A stretch of DNA of 64,000 bases from the NCBI RefSeq assembly GCF_000143415.4, contig NW_003314265.1, positions 3,964,443 to 4,028,442 of the forward strand, written 5' to 3'. This document shows positions 1 through 12,607 of the stretch, piece by piece. The DNA is from Selaginella moellendorffii. Its lineage: Eukaryota; Plantae; Lycopodiophyta. The translations under genes were made by a program, and so were the position numbers. Below the pieces are notes generated by a model. That model saw nothing but the letters and a program-made list of their open reading frames with translations, did no database searches and was not told the origin of the DNA. Position 1 is the first letter of the stretch, and the number at the start of each line of letters is the position of its first letter.

Positions 1-205
1 TTTACTTGCCTGCAGCTGTGTGTATATCAAGATGGCATGAGGGCTCATGCCAATTTTGTGAATGCGAAATTTCACGTGGGTGTCAATAGCATGTTTGAAT
101 AATGGCATGTGGCCTCATGCTATTGAGGTTGTTTGGTATGTTATGATTTAGGCCATTCTCCAATCATTTTTTGTATGGTCTTAACTTCTTTTCTGCACTT
201 TCAGA

Positions 206-3200
206 ATGGCCTTCAGGGTTGGGGAAAAGGTTTACATTTTGAATGGTGGGAAGAGAGTTGCAAAAGGGACCCTTGTGTCTATGGATCGGAACTTTGTTAT
301 ACACTGTGAAAGGCTTGGGGAAGGCAATGCTGCTGTATCAGTAGAGACTGTCTTCGATGGGAATGTGGTCGCTATTGAACGAGGAGAGATGGTCGTCGGG
401 GTAAATGTTGTTGTTGCCTTGAAAAATCTTCAGAAGAAAGCAGATGTTGGGGACAGCGCAAGTGCGACGCATGTTCCCTCCGTGGATCTTAAGAACCGTG
501 CTACATGGATTCAGGCAAAAGTGTTTCTAAACAACCCCGAGGGGGAGGTGGTAGCTGAGGGCTTAGCCACAGTTGTCGATCCAAGAGATGCGGTTGCTAA
601 TCAAGAATTGGGCTGGGATGATATTGGAGTTGCGATTTTAGAGGTTGTTGACACAGAAGAAAACAGTCTGACTATTGGAAGCATTGTGCGGTGGAAATTG
701 AGGCACTTAGTGTTTGAGAATGTGAAGGATTCACAATCAAACACCACTACAACTGATGACAGAACATCTCTTCATGGGAAAAGAAAGTACACCTTCCTAA
801 AGCGCAGCCAAAGGGATCTGAGCAACGAACCGAAAAGGCAGAAAATGGCGATGGAGGTTCGAATGGTCTCGACAGTTGCTTGTTGCAAGAGGAGGTGCTG
901 TCAACATGCTGATTGGGATGCTATTGAAGAGGAGAGAGCAAGATACAAGACATTGTCCTGGAAGGCAGCTCGCAATTTTGTGTATGAGGCATTACGGTCA
1001 TCTGTTGATGCTTCAGAACATCAGGTGGGGGGCATGGTCTTCCAGAGGGGTTTGGTCTGCATGAAGGCATGGAGAATCATTTATGGAGTCCCTCGAAGCA
1101 CATTCTACAGAATCAAAACTGAGTTCGAGGAACAAAGGGTTCAACAGGCAGTCCATGGGAACGACGGTACGCACAAAACCAGGGGTCATGTTGTATATGG
1201 AGAGGCAATCTTCAAGAGGTTTGTCGAGACATGTAGCGAGCAGCAACCACATAAAACCCGCCTCTTGGAAGATGGAACACGAGACACCCAACGAGTTCTC
1301 CCTTCCATGTATACCAAGGGGGCCATATTGGAAGATGTGAATCGGGAACTCCAGAGTAATGGCTACAGGAAGCTGAGCCAATCTAGATTTAGTAGATTGT
1401 GGAGCAACAGGTTCAGGGATGTGAGTATAGGAAAGTACTCCAGCTTTTCAAAGTGTGACGAGTGCACTGCTATCAAAATGGCTTTGTCGAAGAATTCTTG
1501 CAGCGCTCAAGAGCGAGAGACGTTGGTTAGAAGGCGGCTCGACCACAACATCGAGCAGAGAAGCTGCAGGACTGCATATTATCATAACAGGATTCTCTCC
1601 ATGGAGAGACCTGACTCTTACCTCTGCATCATCCACGACAAAATGGACCAGAAAAAGACGTGCTTACCTCGACTCAATTCTGCCCCCAAGGCAATCTCTT
1701 CATCCATGCAGCTGCCTGTGTCTCTGTTTGGCATAATCGCTCATGGGCATGGTGCCCAGAACTATGGGAACTTCTTTGTACCTCTATGGGGTGGCGGGGG
1801 TGCAAACATGATGATTGCGTCCCTAGCAAAACACTTAAGGTCTCTGCAAAGTGCGCAGACTGAGCTGAACGGCCAACCCTTGCATAAGGCCCTTGTCGAT
1901 CGAACCCCATACAGGGTTCAGCTGGAGGAGGAGCAAAGGCTTGCAGTATCGCGTGGGGCCCCATGCCATCCCAGTGAATATGTTGGCCGTCAGATTGTAG
2001 GGTTATCACGTGAGGCCTCATGCCATTCCGACGAGGCTGGTCGCCCGGTGAATGCACAGCCTCATCCAAACGAAGCAGAATCTCAAGGAAGTTCTTGCGG
2101 CCGATGTGGCCTTCCACCCCATCTTTTGCTCCAAACAGACAATGCTGGCAGTGAGAACAAAAACATGTACGTCTTCACGTACTTGGCGATGCTTGTTGCC
2201 AAAGGCATATTTGAAACGGTTACACTTGGCTTTCTCATGGTTGGGCACACTCATGAAGACGTCGATGCCATGTTCAGTCACCTGGCAGAGTCCCTCCGGC
2301 GATCCAATGTCCTCACCCTCCCACAACTCTACGATGAATTCCAAAATTGCATCAAAGGCACTGTTGAAGCTGCACTTCTGACAGAGGTTCCAGACTTTAA
2401 GGGGTTTGTAAGAGGCTACATCAGGGATGGATCCGAAACGCTGATTGGCCACTCCAAGCCTCTTCAGTTTCATTTCAGCATGTGTGACGGTGCTCCAGTG
2501 ATGAGGTACAAGATGAGAGAATGGGACACAGTGTGGCTGCCAGTGGACGGCATTGAACTCTTCAAGAGAGATCCCATAACTGGGGAACCTATGATTCCTC
2601 AGGGTTCCCCACGGCCGATGCACCCGGATGGACTCAAAGACCAGGAAAGTATAGTGGCCGGGATTAGACAGCATATTGCCTTCTGGAAGAGGGGGTTGGT
2701 GTTTGGTGGAGAATCCTATTTTCAGAGGTGCAAGCCTTTGCTCGAATACTGGGAGAAGATTATATCTGCTATCCAAAATGGGCCGGTTGTATATGAAGAA
2801 TTGGAAGAGTCCTTTTGGCCAGAACCCAGAGCACCAGATAGTAGCGGAACAATGTCCTCTGGAAATGCAGTGACAGATAACGATGTTGAGGATCACTATT
2901 GTGGGCCGAGGAACAAGAAGCCAGATTCAGCATTCAATCCAGTACAGGTCTGCAAAGGAATGGTCGTGCTTGTCAGACCCAGTAATAAAAAACAAATGAT
3001 ATGGGTGGGGCGCTGCATCACTGATGCAGAGGAGGACGCGGAAACTAACTCCTTCAATGTAACTGTGGAGTGGTTCAAGCCAAGTTCCGGATATACGAAG
3101 GATTGCCTAGAAAAGAGATGGGTGCTGAATCCAAGGGATCCCAGCATGAGCATATCGGTGGATAATGTTGTGCATGGTTGGATGCAGAAGCAGAGTGCCA

Positions 3201-3347
3201 CCATCACCTTGCCAGACCATGCAAGAGATGCAGCAAGAGCATTCATAACTCGGGTTCAAGGTGAGATTCATTAATATTCCTTTACAAAGTTTCTAATGTA
3301 TTTTATTTCAAGGTGAACAATCCGAATCTGAATCAGAGGAGGCTTGA
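206..3347 (+). CDS. Sola1-like DDD transposase, intact, with a probable terminal intron at 3261-3312
   Basis: 1022-aa ORF with motifs HDKMDQKKT..P, LQTDNAGSENKN and FLMVGHTHEDVDAMFS, plus Cys clusters (CCKRRCC, CMKAW, CDEC). The ATG follows a splice acceptor (ctttcag at 204). The GTGAG...TTTCAAG 52-nt intron would give the C-terminus RVQGEQSESESEEA*. Confidence 0.8.
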
Positions 3348-3562
3348 TATAGTGTGTGAGGTAAAACAAAGATGATGTGACATATGCATTTACCAATCAC
3401 ACGTGCATAAATCTAATAATATGGCGTGTGGCCCATATTAATGGCACATAAACCCATATTGTGGGCTTACGTGCTTTATGTACCATCATTCCCTTGCAGC
3501 GTGTGTGTTGGTTTCCTTTTATAACACAACGAACTCCATATTTTAGGGTGAAGAGCGTTCTC

Positions 3563-3820
3563 ATGGCAAGCACAAAATCTGTAAGTGAGGCAGAAAAGGA
3601 GACGGAGAAGGAGATAGGTGAAGATGTAGAATATATAAGTCTTCCAAACTCCCCGTACTATACTCCAGGTGATCATTTTTCTGAACAAACGGCAACATTA
3701 ACAACTATCGAGAACGCCCCAGTAACGTCAGAGACAACAATCCAAAGCAAAACAACTGACCCGGAGAAGGATGATAGTACCGCTGAGAGTACCAAAAAGG
3801 AGGTGTCCACTAGCGCTTAG
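3563..3820 (+). CDS. small acidic Ser/Thr-rich ORF in the transposon 3' region, function unknown
   Basis: MASTKSVSEAEKETEKEIGEDVEY...; preceded by an acceptor-like ttttag; also open in copy 2. Confidence 0.3.
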   Translation: MASTKSVSEAEKETEKEIGEDVEYISLPNSPYYTPGDHFSEQTATLTTIENAPVTSETTIQSKTTDPEKDDSTAESTKKEVSTSA

Positions 3821-4456
3821 GCTTATAATGGCGTGTGCCCTCATGCCATTTACTTGATCACCAAATACCTTTTTCCCTTTGCACTAGTATATCTTAATAC
3901 CGGTCTGAGAAATAGAATGGCATGTGCCCTCAGGCCTTTTACTAAATCACCTTTGAAAGAAATGCAAGCCTCTATGTCGTAAAAAAAAGGTACTAGAGAA
4001 ATTCCTTAATAATATGAATGTTATTTAGTTTCATGAAAATACACTAAGGGTCAAATGAGTTAAATGACTTCTCCAGACTAGCAATGCCTCTTGCTACACC
4101 TTCACAATTAGATTCGTTAGAAAAAGATAACATTGAATAATATCTAAATGTTCTCACCATTAAGTTATATGTCTGGCTAATAGGAATGATGTTCATCTTG
4201 GAAAGCTCACCACACGCTCAATGAACAAACAAATAGTGTGTGCGCGCATGCCATCGCTTTTCTTTAGCTTCAGATTCGGCTTGTTCACCTTGACAATGAG
4301 ATTTATTATACAACTAGATGGACTCAGTCTGGACATAAGGTCACCGCGCTAGTCACCATGCCCCAGATATGTCTAGCCCCTGGACAAAAAACATATAATT
4401 TCACGTCATTTTCAAATACTTGAAAATTTGTACCTAGTCCCATTTTACTGAATAAA

Positions 4457-4480
4457 TCCCACTTTAACGAAATAGAGCTT
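4457..4480. repeat. right TIR of transposon copy 1
   Basis: TCCCACTTTAACGAAATAGAGCTT, the exact reverse complement of 39644-39667. Confidence 0.9.
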
Positions 4481-7400
4481 TCATGAGAAGTATCATGATT
4501 TTAGGGATGTGTTTGATAAGAAAAAGCTAGTGTATGCCTATTCATTGGCCTTACGACTGTCCCATTGATTTACAGGAAGGAGCATCACCTCCATGGGGGC
4601 CTATCTACGAGTTATCCCCATCTGAGCTTAAGGCCCTCAAAGAGTACGTGGATGAGAACTTTGCATCGGAGTACATTCAGCATTCGTAGTCCCCGACTGG
4701 AGTGCCTATCTTCTTTGTCAAGAAAGAAGGATGGGAGTTTGCGGCTAGTCATCGACTACCAAGGTTTGAACAAGGTGACTGTTTGGAACCGTTATCTACT
4801 ACCCCTGATCTCATACCTGTTGGAATGCCTCGGTGGTGCCCACTTCTTCACCAAGATTGACTTCTGTGGAGCATACAACCTAATCCATATCTGACCTCCA
4901 TATCTGGCCTAGTGATAAATGGAAGACTGCGTTTTGAACCTGCTATGGCCACTTCAAGCACACTATCATGCCGTTTAGCTTGACAAATACTCCAATAGTT
5001 TTCCAACATATAGCGAATGACGTCTTTTGGGAGTTTCTTGATTGGATGGTGATCGTTTACCTTGACGACATCCTCATCTACTCAAAAACTCAGGAGGAGC
5101 ACGACGAGCATATGCGCAAGGTGCTAGCGAAGCTATGGGAATACAGCCTAGCTTGAAAAATGTTCCTTCGATCAGGAGTTTGTGGAGTTCCTTGGGTACA
5201 TTGTCACTCCTGAGGGTATCATGATGGATCTTGCCAAAGTCAAGACTATTCTCGAATGGGAGCCTCCACAATCAATGTCAGATGTTTAGGCTTTCCTTGG
5301 CTTCGCCAACTTCTATCGCAAATTTATTGATCACTACTCCGATATTGTCTTTCATTTCACGCATCTCACTTGCAAAAATGTTCCCTTCTCTTGGTCTGCA
5401 GCTGCTTAGTAGACCTTTTACACACTCAAGGTGGCCTTCAGTTCTACTCCCTTCTTGATCTACACTGATCCCTCACAACCTTTCTTCATCGAGGCAGATG
5501 CCTTTGACTTTGCCATCGGTGCTGTATTGTCTCAACTTGGAGCGGATTAGAAATTTCATCTGCTCACTTTTTATTCTTAGAAATTCCAACTTGCAGAGAT
5601 CAATTATGAAATCCATAACAAGGAGCTCCTTGCCATCATGGATTCCTTTGGAGAGTGGCGTTGTTTCTTGGAGGGGGCGAGCCATCAAACAACGGTTGGA
5701 CGGATCATAAAAATCTCAAGTACTTTCCTGTACTTGAGTTTTGAGCCATTGTTAAGTAAGGTGGGCACAATTCTTGAGTCGGTTTGACTTTGTTATCAAG
5801 TACAGACCTGGAAATATTCAAGGCCTTCCTGATGCTCTTTCAAGGCGCTCCTATCTCAGTCTCAGGCCTGGTAATCCTGCCTTCGATCAACAAGATCAGG
5901 ATATCCTCGGTCTTGATCGGCTTCAAAGTATGGCAATTTTCCTGGCCCCTCAAGACTCCTCCTTGATGGACAGGATCAGAAATGATCTTCAATCCGACAA
6001 CCTCGCCAGCGACATTTTCCCCCATCTTCAAGCTAGACACCTAGTGACTCCTAACTGCTGGCGATTTGACGAGTTTGAGTTCTTAGATGGCTTGTTATAT
6101 TGTGGGGAGCAACTTTACATTCCTGAAGGTGATGCTTGAAGGTTGGTCCTTGTAGCGCACCTTATCTCTCTCCCCTTAAGTCAACTGGAAAAGGGGCAAT
6201 TGCTTGATGAGAGAGCCCTTAGTGGCTATTTTATCCCCATTTATCCCCCAAGGTTCCAAGGATCCACGGTGACAGTATATCCAAATCTCATCCTATGATC
6301 ACATGCGCTACACTCACCCCCCCCTTCAGAGATGTCAATGTCCTTATTGACTATTGACTAGCAACCCTTATTGAGCCAAGGGGAACCAGCACCTTCATTT
6401 TCGCACTCAATCTACCAATCCTTCCATTGTGTAGACTAGCTATTCCATGTGAGGCAACTAGTCATCCACCCGTACCGCAGATTTCAAATTTAGGGGTAGG
6501 AATATACCTTGCTCAAGGGTATATTATACTTTTTAAATAACCACTAATCAATGGGAATCGAACCCGTGCCATTTGCTCAGATACCAACTGTAACACACCT
6601 TATCTCTCTCCCCTTAAGCCAACTGGAAAAGGGGCAATTGCTTGATGAGAGAGCCCTTAGTGGCTAATTTATCCCCAATTATCCCCCAAGGTTCCAAGGA
6701 TCCACGGTGATAGTATATCCAAATCTCATCCCATGATCACATGCGCTACAGTCCTGATGGCATGCCACAATAGCCCGATAGCTGGTCATTTCGGCATTGC
6801 AAAAACCTATAAGCTGGTTGCATGAGACTTTTGGTGGCCTCACATGGATGACTATATCAAATTTTTTTGTTACCTCCTGTGACACTTATACCCAGAATAA
6901 GTTACCTCGCCACCTTCCTTTAGGTTTGCTTCGTTCCCTCCTGGTCCCTTCAGGTCGTTGGGAATCCATCTCCATGGATTTTTTGAGTGATCTTCTGAGT
7001 TTTGGAGGCTTCAACAACATTTTAGTTATGGTGGATTGCTTCACAAAGATGGCGCACTTTCTGCCATATACCAAGGAGTTTTTAAGCAAGGACATAGCAA
7101 AACTGGTATTCAAGGAAATTTTCTGACTTTATTATGGGATTCTTGCAGATGTGGTTTCAGATTGGGGACCTCAGTTCATCTCTCATTTCTAGCAATGGTT
7201 CTTACAGCTACTTGGAGTGAAGGCCAACCTCTCTTTGGCATATCATCCTCAAACTGATGGATAGTTTGAGTGAACGATTTAGACGTTGAAACAATTCCTA
7301 AGATGCTTCATGACTTATCATCAGGATGATTGGTTCGATATCCTTCCTCTTGCTGAGTTCTTCTATAACAACTCTGTTCACTCCTCCCTTCGAGTTTTTC

Positions 7401-8497
7401 TTTTCTTTGCAAACTCTAACCGAAATCCCCAATTCAATCTCTCACTTCCTTTTCCATCCAAATCCTCTCGTTCAAATCCCCACTCTGAGGCATTTATCTC
7501 CAATCTCTAGGAAATCCACAACTCCATCTCCTTCCACCTCCATCGTGCTCAGGAATCTCATAAAACATCCACCAATGTCCATCATCAGGATTGTCCCCTT
7601 TACAATATCGGGGATAAAATCTGGCTCCTCAGGCGAAATATCTCTACCACCAGGATATGTCCCAAACTTGATTTCAAATGCCTCGGTCCTTTCCCTATCA
7701 CTGCCATCATTAATTTTGTCACTTATCGCCTTGCACTTCCCTCCTCATATCAAATTCACCCTGTGTTTCACTCCTCTCTCCTTGAGCCTTATATTCTCAG
7801 TCCTATTCCAAATCGGGTCATTCCTCCACCTCCACCAGTGCAGCTCAAGGATGGGTCTGAGTATGAGGTTTAGGACATTTTTTATTCCAAAATCTCATAG
7901 TCTAAACTCTACTATCTGGTAGACTGAAAGGGTTACAAACCTGAGGAATGCACTTGGGAACTTGCAGACAACTTGATTCATTCTCCTAAGCTTGTTCAAG
8001 ACTTCCACTGCCACTATCCTTCTTGTCCCAGTCCTCATTCTTTTCATTCTTCACCTCCCATCCTTAAATGCCCATCGCATCCTCCTCTTCGTTCTCATTC
8101 ACGTCCTCATTCCACTCGTTCTTGAGGAGGGGGTGCTATCGGGAATCCCCCAATTCTTGCCACATTCCTGACTCTCGCTAGATTCTTGACCTACAGACCA
8201 CATTCCTGACTTTCAAGACACTTTCCTATTCCTGACTCTCTAATTTCCCATATGATTCCTGATTCCCAAACCACATTCTTGATGATGACATGGTGCCTCC
8301 TCGACATTAGCTATATTTAGGCTGTCCTCAATCCAAGAGTGGTGGAGCTTCATCAACCTATAATATATATAAGTTAGCCTTGTTCCATTTCTCCATAATC
8401 TAAATCAACACTAGTCTAAGGCTTTTTCTTCGTCTCCACTAGCTTTTCTCTTTGTCTTCTGCATTCTCTAGTTCTAATCTTGTTGGGGTACTTGACA
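4481..8497 (+). mobile_element. decayed chromoviral Ty3/Gypsy LTR retrotransposon (RT, RNase H, integrase, chromodomain, PPT, probable 3' LTR)
   Basis: Fragmented pol: [28 protein letters not shown] (5058), integrase WESISMDF and VMVDCFTKMAHF, chromodomain EYEV..YYLV.KGY..TWE. Many stops and frameshifts. PPT GAGGAGGGGG at ~8124; LTR ~8137-8497 (ends uncertain). Confidence 0.85.
6151..6750 (-). mobile_element. TRIM (miniature non-autonomous LTR retrotransposon) nested in the Gypsy pol
   Basis: 162-bp LTRs at 6151-6312 and 6589-6750 (TGTA...TACA). GTCCT TSD at 6146-6150 and 6751-6755. Reverse-complement iMet-type PBS at 6575-6586; reverse-complement PPT at ~6313-6327. Confidence 0.92.
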
Positions 8498-8879
8498 CAA
8501 TTGTGCTATAATAACATGTTCATTAAAAATATGAGAAGAGAGAAAAGAAGGAAAAGGAACTTGAAAAAGAGCATCAATGTTTGATTGAATATTGATATAT
8601 CATTTTGATTGAGATTATTTGTTGTCTCTTTAGTATATGTATGTCACAGGGGTACAAAGTTCCATTGGTGTTCCACCATATAAACTCCTATATGGTTATA
8701 ATCTAATTCTACCAATAGAGTAAAGTTTACCTTTACAATTACCATAAGCTACTGATGCTAAGTCTTGGGATTAGTATTTGATTAGCATTCTTCCACTTGT
8801 CCAAGAAAATTTTACTAAACACTTGGGCCACATACAAGTGGGATAACAACGGCATTATAACTCCCATCATCATCCACCA

Positions 8880-9230
8880 ACGGAGTATAAAATGGATGAC
8901 TTGATGTTAGTTTATTTTCCCAATTTTACAATATATGGTTTATCTAAAGGGCTTCTTACTTAGTGGAAAGGATTATATCAAGTGTTGCGACAAGTGGGAC
9001 CACAAATTTATGAGGCTCGGCATGACGTTCAGTAAGTCGATCCTTCAAAAATTGTGTATGTGCAACATTAAAACACTTTGTACAAAGGGATTAAAAATAA
9101 CTAGCATCATATATAGATCCATTAATGCCTCCTTCTAATGTTCCTCTAGATCCCAGCCCATCCACAAGAGAACCTTGATAGTCTTCTATTATTCCGAGAG
9201 GAGGGGATGATGTGAGGTCCAAGTGTATAG
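8880..9230 (+). mobile_element. possible older Gypsy 3' remnant (chromodomain-like trace, PPT, LTR start)
   Basis: EYKMDD...MVYLKG resembles a chromodomain; GAGAGGAGGGGATGA followed by TGTGAG at 9211. Confidence 0.3.
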
Positions 9231-10045
9231 GTACAATATCATATATTAATATTAGCATAGTGGGATTTTGGTAGCCATTGGATTGGTTTTAATTCATAAG
9301 CTAGGGTTTTTGGGCTAATTGATATACACATTTCTGTATACCATTTCCATGTTCCATACACTCACATTACAAGCTTAAATTTATTTTAAATATATGTATA
9401 TATATGTGTGTGTATATATAATGTCCATAAAGCTTGCAAGAAATTTAATTTTTATAGATATAACAAAAGTAATGGTTCCAATTATAGAGCAATAAATTCT
9501 TAAATAATTTTGTTATTTAGAATGTCTTGTGAATTTCATTAAGTAAATTTTTAAAGTTCTGAGTGCATGGAGACTGCTAGTACTTCGTACGTAGGGAGTT
9601 CATGCACTTTGCAATGTATGTTGACTTGGCTTTTACGGTTTTTACTTGAGGTTGTTACCTATGGTTATTACTATGCTAATATTAGTATATGGCATTGTAG
9701 CTGTACACTTGATCCTCACAAAGTGTATGTTTTTCTTAAATTTTGTTTGAAATTCTCACTTTTGTATTATTTTAATTAATCTATTAAATTAGAATCTGAT
9801 TTTATATTTTTCCTGAAATTTATAGATATTTGATATTAATCAAGAAAACAATTATAGGAAATTATAATAAAAAAAATTATAGTTATTATAAAGAAATTTT
9901 AGTTTGCTAATTTAAAAGAAGTAGAACATCATAATATGTTTTCAAAACTTTATGTTTTGCAAGATTTTGTTTTCAAACTTTATGTTTTCAATAAATATCT
10001 TTACTAATCCTTCCAAAACATAAAAATAATTACATTCATAATAAT

Positions 10046-10113
10046 GGGATGACCACTCATGGACAGATGGCCCAATTTTTGAGAGATAGGACTATAGTAT
10101 GGGTGGTCTTGGA
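10046..10113 (+). repeat. isolated ~70-bp fragment of the family A LTR
   Basis: GGATGACCACTCATGGACAGATGGCCC... matches ~18823-18890, embedded in AT-rich DNA. Confidence 0.6.
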
Positions 10114-11008
10114 TTACTAATAAAACAAAGGACTATTTGTGATATTAATTTTTAATTATTTTTTAATTTTAAAGTATAATTTCTTAATTTATTATTTTAA
10201 ACAGAAATAATTCTTTTTGCAAAAACTTGAAAATTTATTTGAAAAATAACAGAGCTTTTTTTATCAATTAATCAAATCACTCACAAAAGATACAATAAAA
10301 GATCTTTAAGCGTTTTACTTAAATTTCTTCAATACTGTTTAGTGGGAGAATAAAATCTTGAAGGAAATAAAAATTATTGCTAGCAAAGTAGAAAAATAAT
10401 GAAAAGAAAACTGGCTTATTAAATGAGAACCCTAATTAAAGTTTTCCAATATTAATTTTATTAGATGCTCTAAATCTGTGATTGACATAATAACTCCCCA
10501 AATTCACAAAGTCAAATGCTTTTAATGTAGTTTGAAAATAGAACATTTCATGGCATTAGAATCCCTATTAGCATGCTCTTTTCAAGAAAGCCATGTTAGG
10601 AGAAAAACTTTTTATAGAAGTGTAACCTAATGGCTAATCTTAAAGAAAACACAGGTTTCTCAAAAAGCATTTCTGAAAATAACCCAAGTGTTTATTTAAT
10701 CTACTCACCTACTTTTATACTGATTACCTTCTAACTCAAGTATGTATAAATATTCTTTCTGGGTTAGCCACAAAGGACCCTTACTATATATAAGTCTCAC
10801 ATACATACACAACCAAAGTTGTAGAATTAACCAACCAATAAAGGAAACTCACTTTTTCCACACTCACTTGCAACTATTCATGTAATAAAATTTGTAACTA
10901 GATAAATAATCTATTATTCGCTAGTTAATATTAATCATTTAGGGGTCCATATCATAGTGAAAGTGTCATAAATAAACATAAACTTAACCTAAGAATATTA
11001 TTTTGAGG

Positions 11009-12607
11009 ATGAGGCTCCTGGCGGCGTGCATCCCAGCGGCTCGGCGTGCCCCCATCCCCGGCTGGTCGCGAGGTCTCCAGGATCTCCGAGATCTGCGAGA
11101 GAAAGCAGCGGCGATTGCTGACGCCCAGCACAAGCAGCTGGAAGCCTTCTCACAGACGCCGCTGCTTGACGAGTCCGGGGGTAAGTTCCTGCAGCTGCCA
11201 AGAGTACTCACGGAGCTCTGGCGATACTCAGGAAAGCACGAGCCGCTGGTGTACATGAGGAGCTGCTATGGCAAAATCCTCGACTTGATCTGGGCGCACA
11301 GTGAGATGTCAGAGGTAGCTTCCGTGGTTGTGCTGGGCACGCCAGGGATCGGCAAGTCCGGCTTTCTCTTCGTTCTGTTGTGGGAGCTCCTTCACAAGCA
11401 TTGCTGGAATCTCATCATTCTCAAGTTCAGGGAATCCGAGAGGTACTATGCCTTTGACAAGGACGGCAAAGTTTCATCCACTATCGACCCCGTCGTTGCT
11501 GTGACTTGGGTGCATGCCGAAGAGAAATGCATGGTGTGGTACCTGGCAGACTGGAAGTTCACTAAAAACCACCGGAGCCTGCCTTGCAAGACCGTTATAG
11601 CAACCTTGTCAGAGCGCGAGCAGAAGCACCACCGAGATGATGTGATCAGGCTTTTTGTCCCGACTTGGTCTCGCGAAGAAATCCACACGCTCAATGATCG
11701 GGTGTTCAAGCATCCAAAGGCCGAGGTAGACGACAGGTTTGACAAGTGGGGAGGCATCCCGAGGCATGTGCTATCCAAGACTAGCATACATCAGCGGCAA
11801 GAGCTTGAGGACGCAATTCACAGCGTTGCTTGCGCCGTGTGTGATAGCAAGAGGCTCTTTGTGGCCAATGCTGGCTATGCTTCAGATCTTGTCTACCACA
11901 TAACAGTCAAGGATGACAATGCTTACGCCATCGCCACCAAGAAGCTGGCCACGTCGTATGTCATAGACAAGCTGGCGGCGTTTCTTAACATTGACGTTCT
12001 AGACAGAGTTCTAAACTACGATCGAGCCACAATAGATTCCGAGAACAGTGTGTACGCTGAGTTCTTTGACAGGAAGTTCCACCTACTGCTGCTGCATGGC
12101 TGCTGCGCGCTCTCTGTGACGATGAACAAGAAAGGCCCATCTGGGCCGGAGGAGCAGGCAAAGTCTTTCATCAAGGCTATGGATCTGATGCTTATTGAGA
12201 CGGAGTTTCCGAAAGATATGACTCCGGAACAGCTTGATCACACTGTCATCAAGCCGAAGGATTGCGACAACACGGACTGGGACATCATCTGCGGCAGAAG
12301 AGTTCTCCAGCTGATGGTATCTGACAAGAGAAGAGACGAGGGGCTCTTCCCGTATGGCCAAAGGCCTGGCTGGACCAAAGCATTTGATTTCCTCCGGAGT
12401 GTGTACAAGGACGGCCGCTTGTAGCTTGTGTTTGTGGTTCCACTGGTCAAATTCAGCACGTTCAGCGTCACTGTCCATGGGGAAACTTTGGGCGACACAA
12501 GGTTGAGAATCATGAACGACTATGCAGCTGCTGGAATCGAGGTAAAGAAGGTCAGCTGCTATTTGGGAGGCAGAGAGGAGAACTACAATTTCTCTTCTTT
12601 TTCGTAG
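11009..12607 (+). pseudogene. Crinkler/RHS-type P-loop NTPase plus restriction-endonuclease-fold gene, premature TAG at 12422-12424
   Basis: Walker A VLGTPGIGKS, WYLAD, PTWSREE, RFDKWGGIPR, nuclease-like DWDII...VLQLMVS. The frame continues 60 codons past the TAG, beginning with the typical LVFVVP strand, to a TAG at 12605-12607. Confidence 0.7.

Larger units (their letters stand above)
1..4480 (+). mobile_element. Sola1-like DNA transposon, copy 1 (left part outside the window)
   Basis: Near-identical to 56107-61009 (offset 56106, then 56529 after a 423-bp deletion). Ends in the same 24-bp TIR at 4457-4480, followed by TCAT and Gypsy pol sequence. Confidence 0.9.

Noticed and set aside
2018-2896. 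292-aa antisense ORF (also 58124-59002)
   Set aside because: Shadow of the transposase reading frame with no motifs; present twice only because the copies are near-identical.
3272-3274. TAA in copy 1 versus GAA in copy 2 as a functional C-terminal difference
   Set aside because: Falls inside the predicted intron 3261-3312; after splicing both copies end ...ESEEA*.
1-4480. Duplication with 56107-61009 as an assembly artefact or segmental duplication
   Set aside because: Similarity stops exactly at the TIR, flanks differ, and the copies differ by many transitions and a 423-bp indel.
9230-11000. Host gene or promoter in the AT-rich stretch (also 12610-13580)
   Set aside because: No credible ORF, exon chain or recognisable element boundaries.
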